Source: Paraphysomonas bandaiensis
Taxonomy: Eukaryota; Protista; Chrysophyceae
Direction: 5' to 3'
NCBI GenBank assembly: GCA_965644295.1
Contig: CBFFRP010000181.1
Span: 62,001 to 126,000, forward strand
Length of the DNA: 64,000 nucleotides
Below, one piece after another: positions 51,195 through 63,420 of this stretch (position 1 is the stretch's first letter; each line of letters begins with the position of its first letter). The notes beneath the pieces are model-generated. The model worked only from the letters and a program-made list of their open reading frames with translations. It made no database searches and was not told the origin of the DNA. A program made the position numbers and the translations under genes.

Positions 51195-52249
51195 TATGAT
51201 AATACAGTAGATAATACGCTATATACTATATACTATATACTATATGCTATATGCTATATACTTATGAGTTGACGATAATATATTGTGGTGTGTGTTTACA
51301 TACAATGGAATAAGGCTTTAAGAGTGATAATACGTTACAGCTTCTCGCTGTCGAAATGCGATATGACGTTGTGAGGTGCAGTTCAATTTCAGTACTTTAG
51401 TCACTTTGAAGGTTGATATATAAAGACCTTGTTATAGCTAGTAGCTATATGTTCGAGACTATGGAGTTTGGCAAGCCTATCACCCTGCAACCCAAAAGGG
51501 AGACTCTCTCCTCGATTGTTTCTATTTACACCGCAGGGTGTGTGAACTCTCTCCTTGTCAATTTACTTAGTAATTATAATATATAGTATTTATAATTTAT
51601 ATTCTTATATAATAATTAGTAAGATATACAATTCCAGATTGAACAGAACTAATACTCAGTTGTAATACTGCCTACGCGCGTAATACATGTCATTTTGAAC
51701 CATGTGAAGAATATGGATAATTATTTTCCTATATCCCTTCTTAAATCCTTAAAAATATGCTTTGCGATTTTAGTGAAACAACTAACATATATGATAATGA
51801 TATTGTATTGTTTTAATTTATTGATAAGAAAGGACGACATGACAAGGCACAGTACTTATTAAAAATAGAATATCACGTTATTCTACATGAGTTTCCTAAT
51901 ATAAGAGAAGAAGCAAGTGGGGAATTATGTTCAGAGATCACTTTATAAATCTAGAAAAGAAATATCATCAAGTTCATCATTTTGAGAGTCTTCATATCTT
52001 TACTGATAATTTCTCCCTTTATCGATCCTGTTGTCAATGGTGGGTACGACGAGAATGATGAGAATAATAAAGAACCAATGAATACTCCCAAAAGAATAAC
52101 TTAACAGTCGTTAATATATATTGTGTTGACTTTTGTCCAGTATATAGAGGTGAAAATCAATAGGGCTAGTTTTTGAACAAACGGCAACAAAGTATACACG
52201 CATGTATTATATATGACATTACATCATTATACAGGCTGCTAGATGCATA

Positions 52250-52715
52250 ATTAATGAGTGTTAGCATCTATCTCTGATGCTGCGCCTTCGTCGGCCCTAA
52301 TTACTTTAGCGAAGTAACAAAGTTCTCAATCAGAGCGAATTAGAATGTCCGCTGCCACGCTCTCACGGAGAGCTATACCATTATCAATAGTGTCAACCAA
52401 AGCCAGATGAGAAAGATTAGCATAATATGCACAATATTAATTCGAATCTACGAGTAGAGTAGATGAAATACCACCTCTGCAATTTCAGCTAACTTCAACA
52501 GCATTCCACGCGATCAATGGCTGACACTTTACTCAACTAAGGAAATGCCAACTCTACTGCACTGACTGCAACCTCAATGTCTTTCTCATTGGAACTTGTG
52601 GCATTGGTGAAAGCCTTTTCGGTGATAGGAGAGATGTTGTCGAAGTATTATCAATTGACCATTCATAAAGTTGTCGTCATGAGGATAGAGACTTGGACGT
52701 TCAGCAGCCGTATTC
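52250..52715 (-). pseudogene. Aldehyde dehydrogenase N-terminal pseudogene fragment (AldB/ExaC-like)
   Basis: The broken translation reads ERPSLYPHDDNFMNG../YFDNISPITEKAFT...NEKDIEVAV...*../MLLKLAEIAE...LALVDTIDNGIALRESVAADI../YFAKVIRADEGAASEID, with a stop and frameshifts. Confidence 0.8.
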
Positions 52716-53313
52716 AGTAATGTTATTTAAAGAGATTAGAGCTTTGTATTAATAGATTGCTTTGCATGTACGCAAGTAGATCTATATCTATCTCTATACT
52801 GCAGAGTATGTATGGATCGTTAACTGTAAACAGTCCAGTATATGCAACCCCAAAAGATACGTACAGGTGCGATCTTTGACGACAAACACCCCAACTGAAT
52901 AATATTTTTGCGAAATTTTTTATGAAATATTTGATATCGACAACTGTATACCGTATAGCCGTATATGACATTGGGACAAAATATGTAAAAACAAAATATT
53001 ACGTTAAATTTTGTGTAGTGACTGTGTAGAGTTTCTTGTGTATTTCTGCTGCCAACGGCAGTATATATATATACTTGTATATGTACAGCAGTAGATCACC
53101 CCTCAAATATTTTGCTTGCTTATAACATCGTGTCTATCTACATATATATATATATATATGCAGCATTACAACTTTACTTGAGAATATATACACTCCATCA
53201 TCATAATATCATCTCTCATACTTTCATTTATGGATCAACAGAGATACTAATGATTATTATTACATATACATACTAACATAACACTATAGTTTGAAGATTA
53301 TATTATTTGTTAC

Positions 53314-54960
53314 ATGTTTTCTGCTTTATTTGGACCTGATCCTGCTTTAAATAATGTCATACGTCCGGAGCTACTCTATATGGAGCTCAATGATGGTAAG
53401 TTAGCAGAAGATGACTACTTAGCCAAGTCGTATAAGTATTTAGGTAAGAGGATATGGAGAATGTAATAGAATGGATATCAATGATGGTATGTGTGTAGGG
53501 GATGTCGTTGCTACACCTCCTCCGAGGGGTCAATATACCAGAGATGATGCCCTTTTAGCTCATCGTGTTAATGATGCTTTGAGTCCAACTTATTCAGGTC
53601 TGGAGCATGGACTCATGCGACTCAGCAATGGAACATGGTATCTTGCCGGAACCACTGAACTAGGATCAGTCACCGGGGAAATGTTTGAGTGGTGGTTCAA
53701 CCACTGTGATTGCTCGGAGAGGTTTCAGTGGTCACATCCCATTCATAACTTGGAGGGAGAATACGACCCCACGTTTTATGCTACGCAACCCGAAGATCGT
53801 ACGTCTATGCCTATATAAAATTGGTGATTTGTAAATGAATGGGTGCTATTGCGGTAGCCCTATTTTTTCTTACACACATCATGCAGTGTTGTACATAGTA
53901 TTATCAGTACTGATCTTCTACATTTTATAGGCCTCCCCGGGCACTACATCGGCCACAGTTTTATCTACAAGCAGCGGATTGGTGAAACAAACTATCGCAT
54001 GCATGTAGATTACTTGAACCCGTCGGAGTATTGTGATACGTCTCTCTTTGTCACTGCTAACGTAACAGCATGCATAACGGGTCAACTGTATCAGTACCAT
54101 AAGGACTTTGGCGAAATATATATTGGCGAAATCGTGTATATTGTGAAGGAGAACGGGATCAGGAACCAACTCGTTACGCGCATGTGGCTGGGAGATGTAC
54201 GCAAAGTCTCCTCTGGCTTTCCGCCGAGCTCATTCGTGAACTATGTAGCTAACTCTTATCTTTACCGTTTGCTTGCAATGCCCTATTCATATGCGTTTGA
54301 TATGTGGAAGCACATACTGGAGGAGAACGGATGCATTGCACACTTGCTACCCCATTTCTATCGTGCTGAGAATGCTCGTCTAAGAGGCAAGAGCGGCGGT
54401 AAAGATTTTAGTGAGGTTGAACAAGAGTTTGAGGAATACAGCGATCCTGAGGAGTCGCCGCGCAGTAAAGAAGGTAAAATACACAATTCGAAGTGCTTAT
54501 CTGTGCGCCTATTATTTAATGTAAACGCTATTTCCCTTGATTGTGCCATTGAGATGCTATTATTTCAGGAAATGCCTGGGAAGAGGTGAGTATGGCCTCC
54601 AGTGTGTCTCCTCGCACCGCCCCTGCTACTACATTCGAAGAAGAATCAGAACCTGACGTTCCAGGTCCTCTTTTAGCTCCTGCTCCTCGTAGTGGTAAAG
54701 CACCCATGCTGAAAACCAAGCAACCATCATTCGAAACTGTGGATTCTGCTCTAGACCCTATATCAATCGATATGTCTGCTGTAAGTGGCGAGAGAAATGC
54801 GAAACATTCTAAAAGAGAAAGCGAAAGCTCTGCTTCAGATGAGGATAGTGAAGACAATGCCTCGGATGCCAGTGGCGAAAGTGCTGGGAGGTTCCAGCAC
54901 TCCAGTAGCTCTGGCAAACCATCTTCAGCTAGTAAATTGGGTGGAGGTGTCGGTGTATAA
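53314..54960 (+). CDS. PhlG/DAPG-hydrolase-like (Bet v1 fold) protein with acidic low-complexity tail; multi-exon, start uncertain
   Basis: NGTWYLAGTTELGSVTGEMFEWWF...ERFQWSHPIH, YIGHS...IG, TRMWLG and MWKHILEENGCIAHLLPHFY follow the PhlG-family pattern (VT.EMFDWWF, WHP..H, RFWLG, H...E..HLA..LP.LY). Confidence 0.7.
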
Positions 54961-55936
54961 GCATTTGATTTGCTGCACCATTAACCGCCCGTGTTGTACA
55001 TTCTGAGTTTACAAAATTAGTATCTCAGCTTGCCACAATTCTCCCATATTTGCACGATATACTTTAAACATTATCTTGACTTTTTTAGGAGAAGTATATG
55101 ACGAATTGCAATACGTAGTAAATGTGAGTGTGAAGTAGATACGATATCGTAGTAAATAGGATTTTAATGATAGTATAATTCATATGAAATCTGCTTGTAT
55201 GGATGGCTTTTATTAGCTCATTGAATTGTGATATTAATGGATTCATTGCTAGTACAGCTTACTCAAGGAAATGCAGTCACAATTTACTGAAGCATGAGAA
55301 CTATAGAGATCTTAAGATATATAGTTATTGTTCTTCTTATAATAATTCTGAAAATAGTGTTGTCATATATTCTATACTTAACACTTTTATACATCGCTGC
55401 GCCAGATATTGCCAGTGTTAGACAATATGCTAACAGTAATTCATAATTCAACGCACAGATTTTCTAAATAAAAAATTGTAATATATTTGGTATCCAAACA
55501 ATAGTTACATTGCACCCTAATACTCGTAATACTGGTAAGGAAGACATTGCACAAGATAGATCAAATATCTGTTAATAATAGACTGTTATAATACACGTTA
55601 TATTTATAGTTTTCTCACTTGACACTGTGAATAATTTATGTGTAAAAGAAAGGCTTATTGACTATGTCTCATTTAGCTATATATATATGATTACAGTAGA
55701 AGTAATATTTTTCTACACTTCTAGCACAGTACATCAATGAATTTACTTCCAGTGAATTTTTTTATTTTATTTAAAATTTAAATACGTCAATGATGCAAGC
55801 ACTACGATCAAAGAAATACTTAGCCCCACTTACTATACGAAACCTTCACAACTAAACGCATACTTTATAGCGTACACATCATCCATAACCATCCTCGCTA
55901 GTCTGCTGCCATCCCAGCAAGGCTACTACACCGCTT

Positions 55937-57734
55937 TTAGGCGGTTTTGCGATTCAATGCAATTCCTGCACGAATCTCTTCAATCAGGTGATCATCATCA
56001 CACATAGCTCGGAAGAAATCTTCTGAGAACTCTCCCTTGGGGGTGAGAAAGTCAGCCATTCGGTCGACCGCCACATGGGCAAAGCATGCTTGCACGAATG
56101 CATCAATAAGGTTGTCTAGGGATAAGCCGAGAGTGTTAAAGTCTTTCCTATCCATCAGTAGCAGACGACCAGATTCAGAAGAGAACAGTCCATGGCCTCT
56201 TACAACTGATAGATTGGTACCCAACATCTCCCAAGACGTCGCACCATCTGGTGATGGTAGGGTATGCGCAAGTGGTTTAGCCGCACGACGAGCGTACATT
56301 GCCACTGGGCGAAATCCGCCACCTGAGGCATTAGCACATACTTGAATTCGCAAATCGCAGACATATATATGGTTCTTCTTGTTCGGTACCGTCCCGTTAT
56401 GGTACAGAGTGGCTCGATTACCACCTTGGAACCCTTTCGAGGACCAGTTCGAGTTCGCAATGAGACTTTGAATAATAAACAGATTGTAAGGATTCCCAGA
56501 TTCCTTGACCTCGAATTCAACAAGTTCTTGTTCTGATGTGATCGTGTACACTCCTTGCCCTCCATTCGAATAAGGAACTTTAATGCAGGCGTGTCCCCCA
56601 AGCTTCTTTACCCACTTGCGGATATCGTTGAACTGCACATCTCGAATTGTAAGCGGAGTGCGAATTCGAGGAAGAGAGGCGGCATCAAGCTCAATTGACA
56701 TATTGTCATATGCCTTGGCGGCTACAAGTTTGTTGCGCCCACCTGCCAAACAGGCTATGATTGGATTCACAATGAATGTACCGCCCAGAGGGAGATGAAC
56801 TGGTATTTTTGACCACGGTTTCTGAGTCACATACCTATACGCAAATAAGTTACGAAATATATCAAAAAATATATAAAAATTGTATTCATACTTTATATAA
56901 ATATTTACAACACATGAAAATGGAGCTGTGAGTCTCACCTAAACGCGGCTCTTATGGGCACCCACTCTTCTGATGTGACTACAGGATCATTCGTCGGTCT
57001 TCTTGTGTAAAGAATATCATTCTCAAACTTGTAAATTGAAGGACCAAAAAGTTCTGTGTTAGACCACGCGGGAATGAGATGCACAGGCTCGCCTATACAT
57101 TTAGTAGATTAAGACTTTTTAGATAGTGGAAGAGTAAAAACCATAACTTACCCGTAATATCTGCCAATGCAGCGGCATACCCAGATACCTCCATAAGGTT
57201 CTTGTCGTAAATAACTCCCAGCTCTCCTTCTGGCAACATTCCCATTTCTTTTCTTCGCTCCATTTCAGGAATAAAGCAATTGCGCAGAAGTTTCCCATAA
57301 CCTCCATCTTCCACAGTTTCATCATAGAGTGGATTGGATTTCTGTCCGGATGCACAAGAGTTTGTTTCAATAATAGTACATCCCGATCGACCACTTTCAC
57401 GTTCTGTAACATACATTAAATCACTACCTGACCATAACATATGCTGCGGTTTATAGTCATTCAAGTATGTCAGTAGTTCAGCACGATCAAATTCAGGTCT
57501 TGTATGACAAAATCTTGAAGCAATTTGTGCATTTGATAAACTTAAAAAATGATGTACAGTTGCATGCATTTGTGCATTTAAACAACGTGGATAGAAGTGT
57601 TCTGAGGGTTCAAATGATCCAGGATGATATGTTCTACTAGGAAAATTTTGTGCACGTTCAGTCATAGGTGATACAACTGGAGTAGAACCACTATCAGGTG
57701 TACTATTCTTTGTTTCACTTTTATCGCCTTCCAT
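55937..57734 (-). CDS. Circularly permuted ATP-grasp amide/peptide ligase, 544 aa; exons 57734-57152, 57092-56939, 56834-55937
   Basis: Exons total 1635 nt in frame. N-terminal GSDL...IIETNSCASG (D...ExN..SG metal site placed first), then IKVPYSNGGQGVY, FIIQSLI and CDLRIQV. Confidence 0.8.
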
Positions 57735-58259
57735 TCTATTTATTTATTTATATAATATGTTGAAAATTATGGTTAGTATGTTAATTTGACGGTCATAAGT
57801 GATGCATTCCAATTACATATGTGGCAGTATGAATTCATAGGGATGGATAGGGAGGTATATATATGTAGTGGATGTATGATATGTACGTGTCCAAAGATTC
57901 CCTCTTGTATTGGTTGGATATTCTGTGATACTACACAGCAACTGGTGTGAAAACATATGTTCTACATATGTACCGTATGGAGTATACAGCTTGTTGTAGT
58001 TATGTTTTCATATGAACATATGTTTGTATCATATAGATGGGTTGGAGGATACGGGATTGATACGGGGGGTGGATGGACCGTTCAATAATGTGATATCCGT
58101 ATTAACTGAGAAAGCCAATTATATGTTCTGTTGAAACATATGGCTAAAGAAAGATGAAGTGAGAGATATCTGGCGTCAGTGAATATGATTCATCATACTT
58201 CATAGTTAAGGTCTCTATAGCTATAGTGCATTATTACTTGTATTGATTACAGTTTAGTT
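57735..58259. promoter_or_regulatory. 525-bp divergent intergenic region (candidate bidirectional promoter)
   Basis: Lies between the ATG of the ATP-grasp gene (-) and the ATG of the SPX-AstE gene (+). Contains several CATATG-centred motifs (e.g. AACATATGTT, GAAACATATG). Function is inferred from position only. Confidence 0.5.
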
Positions 58260-60325
58260 ATGAAATTTCAAAAGTATCAAGCTATCTTTTCTTCTGATGC
58301 AACATGGGCTCAGGATATTGTACGCTACTCAACCTTGAAGAAATTGATCAAGTCTTATGTACGTATGACCAATACAGAAGAGCAGATATCATCTAGTTCT
58401 CAAAAACCAGTTAAAGCTGTTCAATCTAAGCCACGTGAAGGTGGTGGAATTCTAGCTGAATTGGAGAATATGGAGGATGAAAGCAGTGAGGATGAAGAGA
58501 CCTTTCAAACGTTCAATAAAGAGGAGGCTCAGGAGAAAGTTACCCGACTGCTAAAAGAGGATATTGAACGTAGTAATCGCCGATTTGTGGAAGATTTGTC
58601 TAACGTACGAGCCTATGCGAAGGCTCTGGCCGATTCAAGTGAAGCACCTTCTGAGGAAGATTTGCAACAGCTCCGATTGCGAATTAAGAACTGTTTTGAT
58701 TATGCTCGTATACAAGAAGAAGCATTTGATTGTATATTAAGAAAATGGGATAAAGTTATGAATGTGGAGAACGACTGTAGCCTGAATGGTGAAACTTTCA
58801 TGGCAGAGCTTCGTAAGGAGCCCTTCATGGATCATTCATGTCTTGACGAAGAGCTAAATATCTCTCAGCAACTCATGATGCGCCTTGTAGAAGCTAAAGC
58901 ACAAGGAACTAATGAAGTCAACTACAGTGACGCAGACATGGATAAGAGGATTACAGTAGTGAGTGTATTTGATCTTCACATATTGGTTATCATACGCTTT
59001 TCATATTGTGTAAATTCAGGACTCAATGGATATTGGTGTACTTTCACCATGCTGCAAACATCGATTTTGGCTAACGATGATCGAGGATGCCTTTGGTTGC
59101 CACTTGAGAGTACCTGTTATTGTGGTGAAAGGTATTCTTTGTAGTTTGTGTAGGAGAATATATATACAGCATGACTTATTCTCTGACTTAGGCGCTTATG
59201 TTGGACCTGTGGTATGTGTTACCGCTTGTGTACATGGGAATGAACTCAATGGTGTGCCTCTGGTTCACAAACTTGTCGATGATATTGACCCCACAACTCT
59301 GGTCGGGACTATAGTGGCTATTCCCGTGGTCAACGGTCCAGGATATTTGGAAAACAAGAGAGGATTTTCTGACGGTGTAGATCTCAACAGGTGCTTCCCT
59401 GGTAAGTTTTCTCAGGATGATAGTGTGTGGTATATGTGTAATCACACATGTGTTCAGGTCAGCCGGATGGCACACGGTCAAAGCAGTATGCTTATGCTTT
59501 TATTCAAAAAGTGATCAAAAATGTTGATTATTTGATCGACCTACATACGGCCTCCCATGGAAGAGTTAATTCTCTCTATGTGAGAGCAGACCTGCTCAAC
59601 CCCATTGCCAAACAGATGGCTCTACTGCAAAACCCTATGATTGTTGTGCACAACAGGTACGTTTCCCTTGCCATATAGTCATGCGTATTAACTCTTTTAC
59701 TTTCTTCTGCAGTTCTCCTGGCGGGTCACTAAGGGGCGCCGCTCAGGCAATGGGAATCCCAGCAATTACAGTTGAGATTGGCGACCCTGCTCAACTGCAG
59801 TATGATATGATACTTGCTGCATACCAGGCATGTTTTAATATTTCTATTTTATGTTTCTAACGACTATATCTGATATAATGTATGACAGGGAGTGAGAAAC
59901 ATATTGACATTTTTGAATATGCTTACAGAGGAAGGCAACACGAAGCCTCCTCGAGCTCGATTGGTTCTGTGCACATCGAGTAAATGGTTTTACACTGACT
60001 CTGGAGGTAAGGAATTGGTATGCAGTGTTTATAGATTAATTGTAATTGCGACGTTCATTACGTAGCTTTGATATTTTTATAATGGGTTATTTCAACAGGT
60101 ATCTTGGTGGTGCATCCTGATGTAGGTACCTGGATACGCTCCGGCCAAGTTTTTGCCACTATTTTTGACTCTTTTGGTGACCGAGTAAAGGAGTTTATTG
60201 CTCTAGAAGATGCTGTCGTTGTTGGTAAGTCATGTAATCCTGTCGCAAGTGCAGGGGACCGTATCGTTCACCTGGGTTTTGTTGGAAGCACGTTAAATCA
60301 AGGACAACTTGATGGACACGAGTAG
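58260..60325 (+). CDS. SPX domain fused to a succinylglutamate desuccinylase/aspartoacylase (AstE/AspA, M14-like Zn amidase), 559 aa, 7 exons
   Basis: Exons 58260-58958, 59020-59131, 59192-59401, 59458-59656, 59713-59827, 59889-60006 and 60099-60325 total 1680 nt. SPX: MKFQK...W...YSTLKKLIK...AFDCILRKWDK. AstE: TACVHGNELNG, DLNRCFPG, IDLHT, ITVEIG and a C-terminal barrel-sandwich hybrid. Confidence 0.88.
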
Positions 60326-61491
60326 TGTATGCAGCTGTGGTGGAAGCAGCTGCATTGGAAGTAAATTACTTCAATGATGGTTCTAAACATCGTTATTTAC
60401 ACTGTACGTAGACAGGGTTAAAGTAAAATCTATTGTAATCTAATCTACATAATTTACACACTCTATCTGTGTTCTTTTTTTTTCAGCAAAGTAGTGTTTA
60501 GTAGATCTCAGTGGGGTAACACATCAATGGATTCTGTAGGCGATCATTACATCACAGCAACATATTCTGCATGTAGATATGTTCCTCAGATAGATTAATT
60601 ACGTATACTTTGCCACACATGTCGATAACCTCATAGACCCTTACTTAAATCATATTTCTAGAAAGCGTGTAGTTGAAAGTTTTAATTGCAGTAATCTTAA
60701 ACTATCGTACATATAGAAAGTGACACTGATGCTTTTAAAATATACACAGTTCACTAGCGTTTATGCAACAAAAAGTTTACCTTCATAAGCAAGACAGTTT
60801 TAGAAAAAGAGACGATGATGGTTTTCTTCTAAGGGAGAGCCTGCGGATGCTTGCCCAGACCAATATTTCGTTTAACTTTGGTGTTCGAATTTGAAAGCTA
60901 ATGATTAGAAAGAAATGAAGATTGAAAATGGTCCAATACGTGTCCTATGCCTCTACAATTACTTCAGCAGTTCCCAGGTGGAATTCAGCTCTTGCTTCTA
61001 ACGTCTAGACGTTGGATTGTTCCAGCAAAAACAACAGACAATATTTTTGTACTTGACAAATCTGAGAAAAATAAGCTGTTTTCATGACAAAAATTGCTGT
61101 AATCTCAAAAAACAGTAAATTTCAACTTTTATAAATTCCATGATTTTACTGAAGTTTATATGATAATTCGAATTTGAGTGCAAAATACGTATGTAGAATA
61201 GAGATAGACCCTTGCTTCCCATCAGGTACGATGATATTTGGGGAAGAGAGTTACGATACCCATTTGTGGAAGTCTGAAAAGTGATGTGAAGTGATCCTGT
61301 GAAGTGAAGTGTGTGGGGTATGCCAATATGTGTATGATGTGTGATAAGATATGAACTCGTGGTATATGGATAGTATATAGTCATATATGTCATATATAAT
61401 ACATGTACCATACCATACCATAATATATAGACTCAATTAATGATAGAAACACCTTTCTAATCTCCTTTTTGTGAAAGCATCTGTCATTGTG

Positions 61492-62706
61492 ATGGATCGT
61501 GAGGAAACTGCGTATGAAAATTCCCCTCTATCTGTATCAGATACATCAATCCCTGAGTTTGGTATGTATATATATGTATATATATCGCTCTACTCATATG
61601 ATATAAAGGAGATATTGTCACTATGATCTCTCACTCTACTGACTATGGAGAAATGGATCAGATGATAAGATGTGTTAGTGCACGTATATCATGTGAGGTG
61701 GAGAGGTCTGTAATGGACCAATATACCCCTTCACAACACTATCAGGCTTTCTGTAGAGAGCCATCAGCTGAAACCACTAATCCAGAGGTGAGTTGTGTTA
61801 TTGTACTATACTGCTATTGATACTCTTATGTATGTGATAATTAGTAAGTATATTATTTAACACTGTTTATAGAGTTATTCTGTCGATACGGTGCACATAA
61901 TATTCTCCAACATCGCCCAAAAATGCAGAATGGAGATGGAATATGTCGTCCTTACAATGCTGTACTTAGAACGTTTGCCACGATTAACTGATGGTGCATT
62001 TCGCCTCTGTCCTCTCAGCTGGCGGGACACTCTTTCCACTTGTATGTTACTTGTTTGCAAGTTGTGGAACGACAATAAAATCGACAACAGTCGATTTGCA
62101 GATATATGTTCTTCTATCAGTCTGTCCGTTATAAATCGCTTGGAAATTTTACTTCTGCAACTATTTAATTACTCGATGTTTGTCTCCGAACTAGACTACT
62201 GGAAGGGAATGGACATTATCCAAGAGATGATATTTATTGCTAAGTATAAATCTCTCTCTGAATGTAATCGGAGAAGTAGCTGTTCCGCTCCGGCGAGTAG
62301 AACCACTAGTAATGGCAGACTTGAAACGGAGAGTCAGCCGTCTGACTCATCAATCTTAAAGAAGCTGCACGGTTGCACTGTTTCAAGTGAATTACATGTT
62401 CACACACCAAGCATACGCCAGAAGCCAGAGGTTTCTGTTTCTAAAAATAATGGTGGTAATAGCAGTGATGCTAGCATTTCGCCGGGACCCTCGCGTCGAA
62501 AGACACAGCGGCCCGTTTCCGCAAGAATTTTGAATGCTTTTGTTAGGATGGCACGGGCACTACTACCCCACGGTAAAAGGAATAAGAAGGAATCTACAGT
62601 TGCTGTTACCACGAAGAATAATGATAGTAAATATGTGGCTAACACACAGTATGTCCAGACTATAAGTCATGTATCCAGCTCTTCTGGTGAAGAATATGAT
62701 GTATAA
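61492..62706 (+). CDS. Cyclin-box protein (cyclin Y / Pho80-like), 3 exons
   Basis: CRMEMEYVVLTMLYLERL...SWR....CMLLVCKLWNDNKIDN..FA....SVINRLEILLLQLFNYSMFVS is the cyclin-Y-type N-terminal box. Confidence 0.8.
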
Positions 62707-63420
62707 TTTATCGGAATGATGTGTAGTGATGTGATTGCGTGTATATTCGAAAGAATGGATTTTACTCTGGTGTTATCTGCGCTGGACCTTTTGAAGCTGT
62801 ACTTAGAGTATAGCCTTGTCTCTTTAGATGTTTCATGCTGTGTTTAATGTTGTTGGAGAGACTACAGACATTGAAACATCAGAATCCATTTTAATAATGG
62901 AAGTGTGTGCATGTTATAGTTACAAAATATATAGTGATTACTGTTTTTGGTACTTTGTATTGCATCACCCACTGATAAGTTTTCATTTATATGCGAAATG
63001 CGCTCATATACAACCCACATTAGCTATATCTACCATGAATATATGATGACTTCCAGCTTCCTACACGTTTGAGGGATCATGAGTGAGCTGGCTTTAAGTT
63101 TCAAGCGTACAACTTAAAAATTTTCAGCTTGCCTGCAAAATTTAGTTGACATAAATATATTTCCGGGTCTATTAGACACGATCTTATATTACATATATAA
63201 TAATATTACTATTTCAGTTTCGCTACTATTACTCCTATCAGCTCAATAGTTCATGTAACACTGTTCACCATTTCTGCAATCTTCATGTAACGCTCATAAT
63301 ACAAATACCTTAGAACTAATGCTTTTAATTGCTCTCAAACAGCAAAATCAACATGCTGACCAGTAATATTACCAGATCATTATTATTCTAAAAATCGACT
63401 ACTGCTTATTGCCGAGAAAA

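Noticed and set aside
61492-62706. Pho80-like cyclin next to the SPX gene as part of a PHO cluster
   Set aside because: The sequence looks more like the expanded cyclin-Y-type family, and adjacency alone is not evidence. Revisit only if synteny is conserved.
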